A stretch of DNA of 62,957 nucleotides, counting the filler, from Octopus bimaculoides (lineage: Eukaryota), in assembly GCF_001194135.2 (NCBI RefSeq). It is 6 parts of 6 records of this genome, joined end to end, with 100 filler letters (N's around TTAATTAATTAA, not from the genome) between each part and the next. Parts side by side here need not be neighbours in the genome. Positions count along the whole stretch, not along the records: positions 22,936 to 43,870 come from NC_068995.1; 5 more parts are not named here. The stretch is one strand, 5' to 3'. The notes below the pieces were generated by a model that saw nothing but the letters and a program-made list of their open reading frames with translations, did no database searches and was not told the origin of the DNA. The translations under genes were made by a program, and so were the position numbers. How positions within the stretch are numbered: the stretch's first letter is position 1; every line of letters begins with the position of its first letter. Shown here one piece after another: positions 22,960-37,534 of this stretch.

Positions 22960-23145
22960 ACACGTATATATATATATACATATATACGACGGGCTTCTTT
23001 CAGTTTCCGTCTACCAAATCCACTCACAAAACTTTTGTCAGCCAGAGGCTGTAGTAGAGGACACTTGTCCAAGGTGCCACGCAGCGGGAATGAAACCGGA
23101 ACCATGTGGTTTGTAAGCAAGCTACTTACCATACAACCACTCATG
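22960..23145 (-). mobile_element. SINE family 1, 5' half
   Basis: Reverse complement of the family 1 head and core. Other partial copies near 42030-42230, 45663-45835, 52790-53010, 54115-54436 and 58625-58935. Confidence 0.8.
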
Positions 23146-23329
23146 CGCGTACATGCAAATATACATGCATATGTGCGCGTGCGCGTGTATGAAGGGCGTT
23201 TATATGTATGTATTTATATGTACATATGTATATATATATATAAGTGTATGTATATAAACATATATGCGTATGTGTATATTTATATATATATATACATACA
23301 TACAATATACATGTGAGTGTATGTATATA

Positions 23330-23369
<40 letters not shown>

Positions 23370-23527
23370 NNNNNNNNNNNNNNNNNNNNNNNNNNNNNNN
23401 NNNNNNNNNNNNNNNNNNNNNNNNNNNNNNNNNNNNNNNNNNNNNNNNNNNNNNNNNNNNNNNNNNNNNNNNNNNNNNNNNNNNNNNNNNNNNNNNNNNN
23501 NNNNNNNNNNNNNNNNNNNNNNNNNNN

Positions 23528-23600
<73 letters not shown>

Positions 23601-24949
23601 GATATACACATATATGCATGTATATATATATGTGCATATATGTAATTGAATGTGTTTATATGCATATATTTATACAATTTTTACTTCTACTCCCATATGT
23701 TCATAATTTTCATTTATAAGTTTTTCATAAGAGTTTGTCATGAACGGGTGCACACAAACACGCATACCCTCACACAACAACAACAACCTACACATATGCA
23801 TGTGAAGGCAAATCCGCTCGAGTTCTTAATCACAATATGGTTCAACAATAATTTAAATATTGATTAAAATTTATATGAATTAGGGGAGCCGCATAAATGC
23901 CTAAATATATGTTTGAAGCATACCATTTGTATAATTAGTGTATGCTGCGGTGTTATGATCACAAATTTGGATTGAAGCAAATGGAATTAAAAGAACAAAG
24001 CAATATTAGAACATGGGAATACATAAACGGGGCAATATAAAAGTGAAATTCCATATATGGTTGTTCATGTGCATCGTTGCCGACGTATGCATTCACATGC
24101 GAGCCTATTTAGACTCGTGTTAATATTGGTTTGAAATATTGTCACAAGACTAGTATTTTCGGAAGAAGAGGAAAGTCGATTACATCGACTCAACCGTTAT
24201 TTATTCTATCTAACCCCGGAAGAATGAAAGGCAAATTCAATACCGGCGGAATTTGAACTCAGAACGTACAGACGGGACAAAACGCCGCTAAGAAATCAGC
24301 CCGGCGTGCTAAGAATTTTTCCAGCTCACCGCCTTTACTCGTGTTTATATTCCTATGTACATATATATATGCGATTACACATATATATCTTAAAGATAAG
24401 CGTATACAAACACCTGTTAACCTTTAAACACAGCACATATAATTACGTGATGCATTATTATTCCACGTTATCTAACAGTATTGCGTTCTTTCTTTTGCTT
24501 AATTGAATTATTTCACTTCACACAAAATAGAAATGGAACTTTCCGTTTAGGATATCAATGTATTATTTCTACGATAATCTTGTAAACTGAGAAGGAGAGT
24601 TGAGTTTAATCCAAGGCGCTAGGTGAGAGTCAACAACGACCATTAATATAAATGCGAAATCACTATGACCTGGCAATGCCTGGGCGCTGAGGGAGCTTGC
24701 TTCCCTTGTCATTTATTAAGATAAGTTCTTGTGACTGTGAGTTGTTTTAACTCTTATCTCTAGCAATACTGGTGCTGACTAGTACCCTTAGTCACTTTAG
24801 TGTCGTATATATACATACATATATATATATCATATATCATAGATCTAAATCTATATTTGTTCATGTCTTGGGATATGTGAGCGCATGCGTATGTGAGTGA
24901 GTGCGTGCCTATGTGTATGCTTCGGAATATTCAGTTTCTCTGAGCGGTA

Positions 24950-26290
24950 GAATCTGAATTTGTGTAGTCCTCTGAATATGGAGAAGCTTTGTCGATGAAG
25001 TTCCATGTTATAGCGAGTCAGTCATGCTCTTGGTCTCTAATCTTCCAAATAAAAGTAGACAAAGATGTAGAGTAGTTTAGTGTGTCTCTTGACCTAATGG
25101 GTTGTTGAAATTAATCATAATATCCTTGATGATAACCCATACATAGTTACTTTCAATATCATCTTGTTGGTTGAGTGTAGCTGCATCTTCTACCTCTCAG
25201 CAAGTAAGTTTCTCGATTTCGATAATTTCAGCTGAAATCCTATGTTTTGAAAACTCTTAATGAAAGATTTGCTTGCGACGTGTAAAGCTGGAAGGATATT
25301 ATCTAGGTGAGATTAATTAGCAAAAGAATATATGATATTTGTGTTTCATCAAGCTTCGATGCATTTCGGAGTATAGAATACTTTATGGACCTTTTTAGTA
25401 ACGAATATACTTTGTGGACATTTAAATTAGATTAGTTTACTTTCTGTGCACCAGCTCTCTTCAAGCTGGGGGATAGTTGAAAGGTTTCCACAGAAACAAA
25501 TATTTTAAAGAAACTTTGGGTAAAAGCGTCCTTATAGCAGGGAGGTTGCACTGTAGAAAATATGTCTACATAAGGATTATATCAATACTCGCCTGCCTAT
25601 CAATGCCTCTTGGCTTCCAAATTATAGTCGCCAGATGCGGTTCTTATGGCTATATACCTTTCTTCTCGTTTTGTTTCATTTTATATCTCTTCAGTTATTT
25701 GTAATACTTAAGAAGCTTTCTGTTGTTATGTTTGTGGAAAATTCTAATATTTAAATGCAGCATATTCAACGAGCGTATCAGATCATTTCTGAATCTATCC
25801 ATGGTTTGGTCGTTTATGTTGTATGAGGAAGCCACACTGCCATATCTTTGCAAACCTACGATGTGATTGGAGGTCAGATTCCTGAGAAACAGACCGAAAA
25901 ATAGTCCATCTCCAGTCCAACTTAGTTTTTAAGTAAGGCGACGAATGATGGAAATTTGTTACTTTGTCTTTCAATCCAGTAAGAAATATTATGGAACAAT
26001 AATGATTTCTAGATGTTCTGACCGTGCTTTATGATCAAGGACACTGATGTTAGTACAATGCTTTCAGCACAATGGATTACGATAGGCATACGAAAAATTC
26101 GTAATATCAAATTGGATGAAATTGCCGATATTTATATTATCATTGCCGTTCAACCGCTTGATTAGGAGTGGCACTAAAGTTCCATTGATCTGCTCTCGCA
26201 GCTCTTCTAATTTTAAGATAATGACGTCGGAATACGCTTGCTAACTAAGAACAGTTCACTTTTCGAGGGGTTAATTAGCCTGCATTTAGG
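24950..26290 (-). mobile_element. Decayed Penelope-like element (RT and GIY-YIG remnants)
   Basis: Minus-strand motifs RLINPSKSELFLVSKRI and FIQFDITNF (RT), and STSLSTFIWKIRD...ITWNFID (GIY-YIG C-terminal region), with many stops. Confidence 0.7.
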
Positions 26291-26843
26291 GGCGGGGGAA
26301 GAAAATTAGGCTTACACACATGCACACACACACACACANNNNNNNNNNNNNNNNNNNNNNNNNNNNNNNNNNNNNNNNNNNNNNNNNNNNNNNNNNNNNN
26401 NNNNNNNNNNNNNNNNNNNNNNNNNNNNNNNNNNNNNNNNNNNNNNNNNNNNNNNNNNNNNNNNNNNNNNNNNNNNNNNNNNNNNNNNNNNNNNNNNNNN
26501 NNNNNNNNNNNNNNNNNNNNNNNNNNNNNNNNNNNNNNNNNNNNNNNNNNNNNNNNNNNNNNNNNNNNNNNNNNNNNNNNNNNNNNNNNNNNNNNNNNNN
26601 NNNNNNNNNNNNNNNNNNNNNNNNNNNNNNNNNNNNNNNNNNNNNNNNNNNNNNNNNNNNNNNNNNNNNNNNNNNNNNNNNNNNNNNNNNNNNNNNNNNN
26701 NNNNNNNNNNNNNNNNNNNNNNNNNNNNNNNNNNNNNNNNNNNNNNNNNNNNNNNNNNNNNNNNNNNNNNNNNNNNNNNNNNNNNNNNNNNNNNNNNNNN
26801 NNNNNNNNNNNNNNNNNNNNNNNNNNNNNNNNNNNNNNNNNNN

Positions 26844-26882
<39 letters not shown>

Positions 26883-29311
26883 TGTTAAGAAATTGAATAG
26901 AGAAACGGTACCGCTCTCAATTCGAGGGAGAGATGAAAGAGAAATGTTAAGACAGTGAACAATGAAATGGTAACACTGTCAAATAATGAAAATGAAGACC
27001 TCGTTATTATTAGTGCTATATTCCAGGCAATAACATATATTAGCTCCACCCCAGAATTTTATTTAACTGTATGGGTAAAATCATGTTTTTAATTTGTGAT
27101 ATGAAGATATGATGAACTCATTACAAGTGTAATATGTCATTTGTTTCATTCCACCAGTGCATAATGTGTGAATATTTCTATACCTGCTGTGTAAATTACA
27201 TATCACTAGAAATAGATTGATATGGCATTAGTCCTAATTGAATTGAAAACCTTCAGTCGTGATTATATAGGTACAACCTTGGCTGTATGATTAAGCAGTT
27301 CGCTCCACAATTTGGTGTTTCCGGGTTCGATAGTACATGTTATCTTTAACATATGCTTTCTCTCAAAGACTCAAATTTATATATATATATATATATNNNN
27401 NNNNNNNNNNNNNNNNNNNNNNNNNNNNNNNNNNNNNNNNNNNNNNNNNNNNNNNNNNNNNNNNNNNNNNNNNNNNNNNNNNNNNNNNNNNNNNNNNNNN
27501 NNNNNNNNNNNNNNNNNNNNNNNNNNNNNNNNNNNNNNNNNNNNNNNNNNNNNNNNNNNNNNNNNNNNNNNNNNNNNNNNNNNNNNNNNNNNNNNNNNNN
27601 NNNNNNNNNNNNNNNNNNNNNNNNNNNNNNNNNNNNNNNNNNNNNNNNNNNNNNNNNNNNNNNNNNNNNNNNNNNNNNNNNNNNNNNNNNNNNNNNNNNN
27701 NNNNNNNNNNNNNNNNNNNNNNNNNNNNNNNNNNNNNNNNNNNNNNNNNNNNNNNNNNNNNNNNNNNNNNNNNNNNNNNNNNNNNNNNNNNNNNNNNNNN
27801 NNNNNNNNNNNNNNNNNNNNNNNNNNNNNNNNNNNNNNNNNNNNNNNNNNNNNNNNNNNNNNNNNNNNNNNNNNNNNNNNNNNNNNNNNNNNNNNNNNNN
27901 NNNNNNNNNNNNNNNNNNNNNNNNNNNNNNNNNNNNNNNNNNNNNNNNNNNNNNNNNNNNATATATTTCTGTGTGTATTTGTATACGTATGCGTATGTGT
28001 GTTTGTGTGTGTGTGTGTGTGTAGGTATGTATATTTATTCATATGTTTATGTGTGGAGGATAGTGTATGCATATGGTTATCATTTGTCGACATATATCTG
28101 CAAAAGATGTAAATATTGGCTAGAAAAAACGAAAAATCGGAGATTTCTATAACGATCGAAGTCTCCGCCAAAATTTTTTATGACCTGAGTTACATTCACT
28201 ATATGTCACACACACTCACAGAGATGCGGTGAACCAATGATTGGCTCGTCGGGTAGCTGTGTTCAAATGTGCTCTAGCGCAATAATTTTGAAGTAAAATT
28301 AATAAAATATATCATATGATTTATTTCACAACAAAAATACTCATCTGCAGCAGGAAACTATATTTTGATATTCCATATATATTTTATATTCAGAATTTCG
28401 TCCAGCCATCATTTGATTTCAGAACCTATTTAACAGCTCAATATCTTGCAAAAGATTTTTCTACTATAAATCTTGGTCAGTCAAAACGTTGTGTTATTGT
28501 GTTAAAGCGTCTCTGAACGGAAGCTGCAAAATCCCATTGGATGGACCAAAAATGAGTCAAATCTCTTATTCTATTTCCTGCAACATGTTTTCGGAAACTC
28601 TGCAAAGATAGCGGATGATATACTTCTTTCACCGACCAAACCATAACAAAAATTATTTTGTAATGGATTTTTTCATGTATATCAGTTCAGAAATATAATT
28701 CTTATAATGATACTGGATTCTTTGCAAAGTCTCTGCTAGAGAGCTTTCCTGTTAGATTAGCACAATTTCAAATGAGAGCGTAAATTCCAATTTTCTTTTA
28801 CTTTTTCAAAATGTTTAAGAATCAAAAGAAGTGTTTTCGTTCGGGCTTTGGAATCGGACGTACGGTACTTGCTAAGACATTTTACAAACTGTTATTTATT
28901 GCAAAAGCTGGCCAACGTTGTTAAAAGATGGTGCAGGATAGTATGTAGCAGTAATAAATTAATGTTTGGACCAGGTAAACCCTGGGGAGCTGTAAATAAC
29001 TAGGCTTGTGGTTTTTTCATATAACATTATCTTTACTCTCTTAGCTAATCGAATGCTATTCTACTTATTGAAACCATGAGTGAGTGGACAAACGAATGAA
29101 AGAGGTACTCAAAATATTTAGTAAAAGTTACATATAATATGATTTAAAACACCGATTCAGTCACATGCAACGTACTGTTTCGTAGGTTCGTCACAGAAAT
29201 ATTTGCTGTTGGATTTAGGCGGCCCGACAAACTAGGGTCCTTTGGCAAGCTTACGAAACTTTAAGTCACATGGGATAAAACCACACTGTTTTAAATGATA
29301 CNNNNNNNNNN

Positions 29312-29485
29312 ATTGGTGCAAGTGTGAAGGTAGAACACCTACAAAAATCAGCATTGCTTGGAACTGAAAGAATTCTTCGCAGGGTTCTTGAAGCATCACA
29401 AATTAACAAGTGTCACCTTAGTCTGTTGGCTGTGGACAGCTGACACTTTCCATCATACCCAATGAAATGAGCTGTGAGTTTTTAT

Positions 29486-29490
<5 letters not shown>
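29312..29490 (+). mobile_element. R4/Dong family A 3' end followed by (AAC)n(AAT)n
   Basis: IGASVKVEHLQKSALLGTERILRRVLEAS. Matches 31930-32110. Confidence 0.8.
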
Positions 29491-29534
<44 letters not shown>

Positions 29535-29537
29535 ATC

Positions 29538-29583
<46 letters not shown>

Positions 29584-29596
29584 TAATAATAATAAA

Positions 29597-30345
29597 CAAT
29601 TCTGATCCTACATGCAGATTCTGCGACACATTTTACGAACCGATAGACAATCTTATCTGAGATTTCCTGTGCTGAAATCAAACGAATGCAAAAATCGCCA
29701 CGATAGGGTCGGCCAGTATTTACATTGGAAAATATGTGAACACTACAAAATAAGCACTCCTGCTTACTGATATGAACATCATCCTAAACCTTTAGTTGAA
29801 GGTAAAAATGTCACTATCATCTCGGATTTTCCAGTCAACACTGACAGAACGATCCAGATTAATCGACCAGACATAATTATTAAAGACAGGGAAGAAAATA
29901 ATTTTAGACTAATTGATGTAAGTGTCCCCACTGATAAAAATATATCTGTAACAGAATTTGATAAATTAAGTAAATATAAGGACCTGGAGATTGAAGTACA
30001 AAAGATGTGGCATCTTAAACCAAGAAATGTTCCTGTTATTGTAGGTACCCCTGGTATGATAAAAAAGGAATTTCAGAAACATCTAGATAATATCCCAGGA
30101 GAGCCATATCTCAGAGAAGTTCAAAAGATTGTGCTAACAAATACTGCTCACGTCCATGGAAAAACTATATGCATTTAAATGTCTGTGTTGTATTATATGA
30201 AGATATTTCGCTACTGCCACTTCCTCCTCCTCAAGCTTTCAGTCATACTGTAACATCTCTTATCCTTCTTACGCCCTAGGACTCTGGGTGTGTCTCGGCA
30301 AGTTATTGTTACAAACATGCAGATTGAAAGTAACCAACAATAACA
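29597..30345 (+). mobile_element. R4/Dong family B 3' fragment with 3' UTR
   Basis: SDPTCRFCDTFYE...RHDRVGQYLHWKICEHY...DFPVNTDRTIQINRPDIIIKD...IDVSVPTDKN...DKLSKYKDLEIEVQKMW. Flanked by (AAT)n/(AAC)n. Confidence 0.9.
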
Positions 30346-30779
30346 ACCACAACCACAACAAAAACAACAACAACAACAACAACAACAACAAAAATAATAA
30401 TAATAATAATAATAATTCTTTCTACTGTAGACACATGGCTTTCTACTGTAGGCACAAGATGTGTAGATCCCATCGACTCAGTACTTTACTGGTAGTTAAT
30501 CTAGTGACCCCGAAAGGATGAAAGGCAAGTCAACCTCGGCAGAATTTGAACTCAGAATGTAGTGACGGGTGAAATGCCGCTAAGCATTTTGCCCGATGTG
30601 CTAACGATTCTGCCAGGTCGACGCCTAATGATAATAATAGTTACAATAATAGTAATCACAACAACAAAAACAACAGCAACAACAACGACGACGACGACGA
30701 CGATGATGATGATGATGATGATGGTGGTGGTGAGGATGATGATGATGATGATAATAATAATAATAATAATAATAATACA

Positions 30780-30905
30780 GTGGGAACAATTAAATTTATT
30801 AGTCTACGAGTAGGCTCTTCCCCATCTTTAATAATTATGTCTGGTCGATTAACCTGGATCGTTCTTTTAGTGCTGATTGGAAAATCCCAGAGGATAGTGA
30901 CATTG
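30780..30905 (-). mobile_element. R4/Dong family B short inverted fragment
   Basis: TILWDFPISTKRTIQVNRPDIIIKDGEEPTRRLINLIVPT. Confidence 0.8.
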
Positions 30906-31566
30906 TCAGAAGCACTGATATGCGCAGCAAAAGAACAAGTGTTAAGGACCAACTATGTCAAGTACAGAATAGACAACAGTGCCGACAGTGCCAAATGCAG
31001 AATGTGTGTTGAGGGGGCTGAAAAAGTATGGCGCATCGTTAGCGAATGACCGAAATTGGCACAACGCGAATATAAATGACGTCATGAGAATGTGGCAGAT
31101 ATGATCCATTGGAGGGGTCTGTGGAAATCACGGCCTACAAAGAGCAAAATCGCAGTATGAGCAAACTCCAGAAAGAGTCACCCAGAATGAGAATTGCAAA
31201 ATCCTGTGGGATACAATGATCCAGTGCGATCACCCGACCAGACATCAGAAACCGGACATTGTTGTGTTGAATAGAAAAAAAGGAAGTAAATGCATTATAA
31301 TCGATATAGTATGCCCCGGTGATAACGGGATTAATGAGAATGAAGAAGAAAAAATAAACAAGTATGACGATTTTAAGTGGGAAATACGAAGATTGTGGTC
31401 AATAGGCGCAGGAGTGGATGTGTGGTAAGTAGCTTGCTTACCAACCACATGGCTCCAGGTTCAGTCCCACTGCGTGGCACCTTGGGCAAGTGTCTTCTAC
31501 TATAGCCTTGGGCCGACCAAAGCCTTGTGAGTGGATTTGGTAGACGGAAACTGAAAGAAGCCCGTC

Positions 31567-31637
<71 letters not shown>

Positions 31638-32110
31638 TGTGTGTGTGTGTGTGTCCACCCACCATCACTGGACAACCGATGCTGGTGTGTTTACGTCCCC
31701 GTAACTTAGCGGTTCGGCAAAAAGAGACCGTTAGAATAAGTACTAGGCTTCCAAAGAATAAGTCCTGGGGTCGATTTTCTCGACTAAAGGCGTTGCTCCA
31801 GCATGGCCGCAGTCAAATGACTGAAACAAGTAAAAGAAAGTAATGAGGAGAGTAGACGTGATATCAACAGTAATTGGTAGACATGGAAGTATCAGCACTA
31901 AAATACCAACATGGCTGAAGAAGGTTGGTGCAAGTGTGAAGATAGAACACCTACAAAAATCAACATTACTTGGAACTGCAAGAAGTCTTCGCAGGGTTTT
32001 TGGTGCATCACCAGTAAACAAGTGTCACATTAGTCTGCTGGCTGTGGACAGCTGAGACTTTTCATCATACCAAGCAAAATGAGCAAAATTTGATTTCATC
32101 AAATAATAAT
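30905..32110 (+). mobile_element. R4/Dong family A 3' fragment interrupted by a family 1 SINE (31403-31840)
   Basis: EALICAAKEQVLRTNYVK...CRMC...RHENVA...KILWDTMIQCD...KPDIVV...EIRRLWS, then the SINE, then MRRVDVI...QKSTLLGTARSLRRVF. Confidence 0.9.
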
Positions 32111-33820
32111 AATAATAATTACCTTTTCTACTGGAGGCACACGGCCTCAAATTTGTGGGGACTAGTCGTTTATATCGTCCCCCAGTGGTTCACTGGTACT
32201 TAATTTATCGACTCCGAAAGTCGACCTCGGGGGACTTTGAACTCAGAACATAGCGACGGGCGAGATACTGCCAAGCATTTCGACAGAAGTGGTAACGACT
32301 GTGCCAGCTCTCCGCTTTCAATAATAATAATAGTAATAATAATAATAATGATATAATAACCCTTTGTAATGGAAGCACAAGGCCTCAGATTTGGGAGAAG
32401 GGATTACGTCGATTACATCGACCCTAGTGTGTAAATGGTACTTAATTTATCGACCTCGAAAGGATGAAAGGCAAAGTCGACTCCGGCGGCATTTGAACTA
32501 AGAACATGGAGACAGACGAAATATCGCCAAGCATTTTTTTCTAGCGTGCTAACGATTCTGCCAGCTCACCGCTTTCGGTAATATAATGATAATAATAATA
32601 TTAATAATAATAATAATAATAATGNNNNNNNNNNATATATGTATGTATGTATAAGACGTGAATAAATTAATTAAAGGTGGCTTAATGTAGGGGACAACCA
32701 CTCATTGGTAAGAGGCACCATCATTACCACCAACTCTACTGCTGTCCAAGAACCAGATATAATGCAATTTTATTATAAATGACGCAAATGCCTGTCAAGC
32801 GAACATTTGTCAAAGTTAAATGTATCGTATGAGATAGGGCTACTAAGAAACATAAGCGGCGGCAGACTAAAGTGTTTGTGTTCTAAGCTTTTGTAGAACA
32901 TAAGCGTTATATAACGGAATTATCTATACCGCAAGTGGCCCTTAGCTTAAGGATCAGTAATTCCATGCGGCAAAGACCCTTATTAAGGGGTCAATGTGTG
33001 GGAAAAATGTCCGTGCATGTGAAATTTCTGAGACCAAACATGCACACATTCAAACAGCTGCATCAACTGACATGTGCGGTAGGATGCACATGCATACATA
33101 GAGCTGCACACGCACATATAAAGACAAGCATTCAGGCAAAAATACATGAGTATATATGCATATACAACATTTATATATAAATATACGTACATAGACGTAT
33201 ACATACATTAACATTAGTATCTGAGTATTGAGACTGAACAGAAAGAGAAACAATAGGAATATGCCTCTCTCTCACTCTTCCTCTTTCTAGCCCCCTCTCC
33301 TTTCTCATTTTCTCTTCCTATTCATCTCACTTTCTCTCTGTATAAACATATATATATATATATATATNNNNNNNNNNNNNNNNNNNNNNNNNNNNNNNNN
33401 NNNNNNNNNNNNNNNNNNNNNNNNNNNNNNNNNNNNNNNNNNNNNNNNNNNNNNNNNNNNNNNNNNNNNNNNNNNNNNNNNNNNNNNNNNNNNNNNNNNN
33501 NNNNNNNNNNNNNNNNNNNNNNNNNNNNNNNNNNNNNNNNNNNNNNNNNNNNNNNNNNNNNNNNNNNNNNTGTACATACATACACATATACATATATACA
33601 CCTCCATACCCGCTCCTCCAATTATATATATATGCACACACACATATGCGAACGCACACACACACACACACATACTCATCCACACAAATATATATACTTA
33701 CATACACGCAATTAAATATGCATGAAATACGTGTATGTCTCTGTGTTGTATTCATGAGCGACATCATTCATATACCACGGTTTCCTAAAGACACTAACAC
33801 CACACATGCACTCACAGTAT

Positions 33821-33887
<67 letters not shown>

Positions 33888-34913
33888 TTGTGTGTGTGTG
33901 ATTGTATAATAGTATGTCTGTATAAAATATACACATGCATGCATCTCTAGCTCTCTCACTCTCTCTGTCTCTCGCACTCTCTTTCTGTTCACACAAACAT
34001 ACATACATATATATATAAATGAATATACATATAAATGAATGTCTGCGCCAGTGTTTCCTTGTCTCCATCTGCTTTTAACATTGTATTAGGAATAATTCGC
34101 TGCTTTTTCCTTTGCCACATTTTGTTCGCTTCTAGTTGTGTAATAATCCAATTGAGACTAAGATATTCTCGTTGCCGTGAGCCCTAAAGCATTGCAGAGA
34201 ACATCTGCTTGAATGGGTTTAACCCAATTAGATAACACAGTTGTTGTTGATATCGTTATTGTTGTTGTTCTTGTTGTTGGTGATGCGATGTTGTTATTGT
34301 TTTTGCTTCTGCTGCTGTTGTTGTTGTTGTTGTTGTTGTTGTTGTGTCTCTACTTTTGCGTGAGCCTCGTGTTCTCTGCACTGTATTCGCGATATTCTCA
34401 GTACTGTTCTGTTCTTTGTACAGAGTCTGACAGGACTATAGGGCTACACGCGCACGCACGCACGCACACACACATACACACACATACTCACACATACTCA
34501 CACTTTCACACCCATAGGCATCTGGATATTTATATAAATGTGTGTTAATATATGTATATATATATATGTGTGTGTGTGTGTATAACATGCACATATATAT
34601 ACACAAACACACACATTCACACACACACATATAGAAACACATTTATGGCTATACTTATATATGTATAAATATATTTATATGATCATACATGTGTGTGTAT
34701 GTGTGTGCAAGTATATATATATATATATATATATATATNNNNNNNNNNNNNNNNNNNNNNNNNNNNNNNNNNNNNNNNNNNNNNNNNNNNNNNNNNNNNN
34801 NNNNNNNNNNNNNNNNNNNNNNNNNNNNNNNNNNNNNNNNNNNNNNNNNNNNNNNNNNNNNNNNNNNNNNNNNNNNNNNNNNNNNNNNNNNNNNNNNNNN
34901 NNNNNNNNNNNNN

Positions 34914-34967
<54 letters not shown>

Positions 34968-36784
34968 GTCCGTATAGAAGGATGGAACCTGTTTCTTCGT
35001 ATCGATTATTAGACACAACTGAAAGAAGAACAATCATAAAAGAACGTGGAATAACGAAGGCGAGACAACTGCGAATAAAGCAAAGGAGATCGTTTGAAAA
35101 ATAAAACTACCTTCTCAATATACAATGTATCCGTTCAAACACATGCATATACAAGCATATGTAGAGGTTTCATTAACACGCACGCGCGCACACAGCTGTA
35201 CACACACACACGAAACACTCACACAAGCTCGTATACTCATACATATGCACATATACATAAATACAAATACATAAATACACACAAATCATACACACCCCAC
35301 TCATATGCATACACGCACAGATATCCTTTGCTAATGGTTAATCCATGCAATACGGTCACGGCCTGAATCTTTTGTTTAGTGTACTTCTTAAAGGATATCA
35401 ACAAAAAGGCTCCCTGAAATCCAGGGTATATGATCCATATTACAGGAAACCATACCAAGAAGAGACCTCAATGAAAATGCATATTTGCTTGTATCTAAAT
35501 GTTGTATAGACAAATACCGGAACAAGGGTATTTGTCTATATAACATATAACAAATGTTATATAGACAAATACCAGAACAAAGATGACTAGTACCTCTTTA
35601 GAGCTCCCGGTCACTACAGGGATCCCAGTCAGTTGGAATCTCTCCCAAAACTTATTTTTCTCTCAATATTTATTTCCCTAATATTCTTGATTTCACGTAC
35701 ATACATTAACGCAGAGTAGATTGGTCAAGCATGTCACAGGTCAAGTGCTGTAGTCACCCGTACCAGGGATAATTTTTCTAGCAAATGCTATGGTTTAATA
35801 TTCTAAACAGCATAGTTACTGCATAGTTATTCACCAACTCGAACACTTATCGTGACCGGATACATAGAGTACATCTGGTCATGATATGTGCTACTGGGAA
35901 AATGCAATCCACTGAAATGGAAACTGGCACCCTAAAATAATAAATCCTACAGATGAGTGTTCCTAGAAACCTAACACGATAAAGCAAAAGTATTGATAAA
36001 ACCAACTGAGAATCAACGATAATATAGTTATATATAGATGCACACACGCACGAACACACACACACACACATACACACAACCGTACGCATACACACACACT
36101 CACGCACACACACATGTAATTATTCAACAAATTTCGAAAGCCATTGGATTGAAAGTCAGTCATCAAACGCTTATAGAAAAGATCACAGACAATCAATAAC
36201 CAAAATAAATAAATTATATTGAAAAGCAAATTGAATAAAAAGATAATAATGGTTTCAAATTTTGGCACAGAGCCAGTACTTTCATGAGGAGTGGTCTAAG
36301 TCAACCAAACTGACCCTCAACTGGTATTCATTTTATTGACCTCAAAAGGATGAAAGGCAAAAAGAGCATCGACGGAATTTGAACTCAGAACGTAAAAACG
36401 GGCGAAATACCGCGACGTATTTTGCTCGGCGAGCTAATGATTTTACCTTCTCGCCGCTTTAAATAAAAAAAAAAGAATTGAAAATGAAAACAAAAAAGAT
36501 AAATAGAAAATGGAGCATTATCTGATTTAGCCCATACTTCAGCGTACGCATAACAACAAATGTAGGAATAATTCCTAAGAATAATCAGTAAACATTGCTC
36601 AACAGTGCATAAATGTCACAAAATATTTGAGAGAAACAATATAAAAGTTAGCAACAGCTCCACAAAAATCAGAAAATATGCAATGCAATCATGAAATGAC
36701 AACATATTAGAGAGTGCGGCAACAGTCAACCGAAGAACAAGGACATGCATTGACATGGAAATTGTCCCAAAACATGCATACTAT

Positions 36785-36975
36785 GTTTGTTTGTTGGCAC
36801 TCCGTCGCTTACGACGTCGAGGGTTCCAGTTGATCCAATCAACGGAACAGCCTGCTCGTGAAATTAACGTGCAAGTGGCTGAGCACTCCACAGACACGTG
36901 TACCCTTAACGTAGTTCTTGGGGATATTCAGCGTGACACAGTGTGACAAGGCTGGCCCTTTGAAATACAGTTACA
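36785..36975 (-). repeat. 3' tail of a retroposon (SINE/LINE-type) ending in an (AAAC)n-like tail
   Basis: Minus strand gggccagccttgtcacactgtgtcacgctgaat...ggaaccctcgacgtcgtaagcgacggagtgccaacaaacaaac. Family recognised from memory only. Confidence 0.5.
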
Positions 36976-37136
36976 AGAGAAACAGGAAGAAAGAGCGAGA
37001 GAAAGTTGTGCTTGGCTGTTCAGCTATTTCAAGTAAGGGCTCATCTTCCTTCTGACCTAGGTTTGTCTTCGAAGCTGGTGTTACCTACCTTGATACCTTT
37101 GAAGCATGTATGTATGTATGTATGTATGTATGTATG

Positions 37137-37185
<49 letters not shown>

Positions 37186-37501
37186 GTCTTTCTTTCTTTC
37201 TGTCTGTCTATCTATCTATGCATGTATGTATGTGAATATGCATGTATGCAGGTGTTTGTACACATAGTACATGTGCATATATGAATATATGTATATATGC
37301 ACACACACGATTATACTTATTATGTCTATATATAATCCATTAAAGTCTACTGGTATATACATGCACATGTATATTTGCATGCATATTACTAGTTGTAGGC
37401 CACAATAATGCACCATATAACTGAAATTTTGAATGCGGGGACATCTGTGCAAGAGAAGGTCATAATCCGCGTGACTTTTTCTGCTACTTCCTAAGAATAA
37501 G

Positions 37502-37534
<33 letters not shown>

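Noticed and set aside
28330-28950. Possible Mutator-like transposase remnant on the minus strand
   Set aside because: Only a vague motif resemblance among many stops. Not supportable without a profile search.
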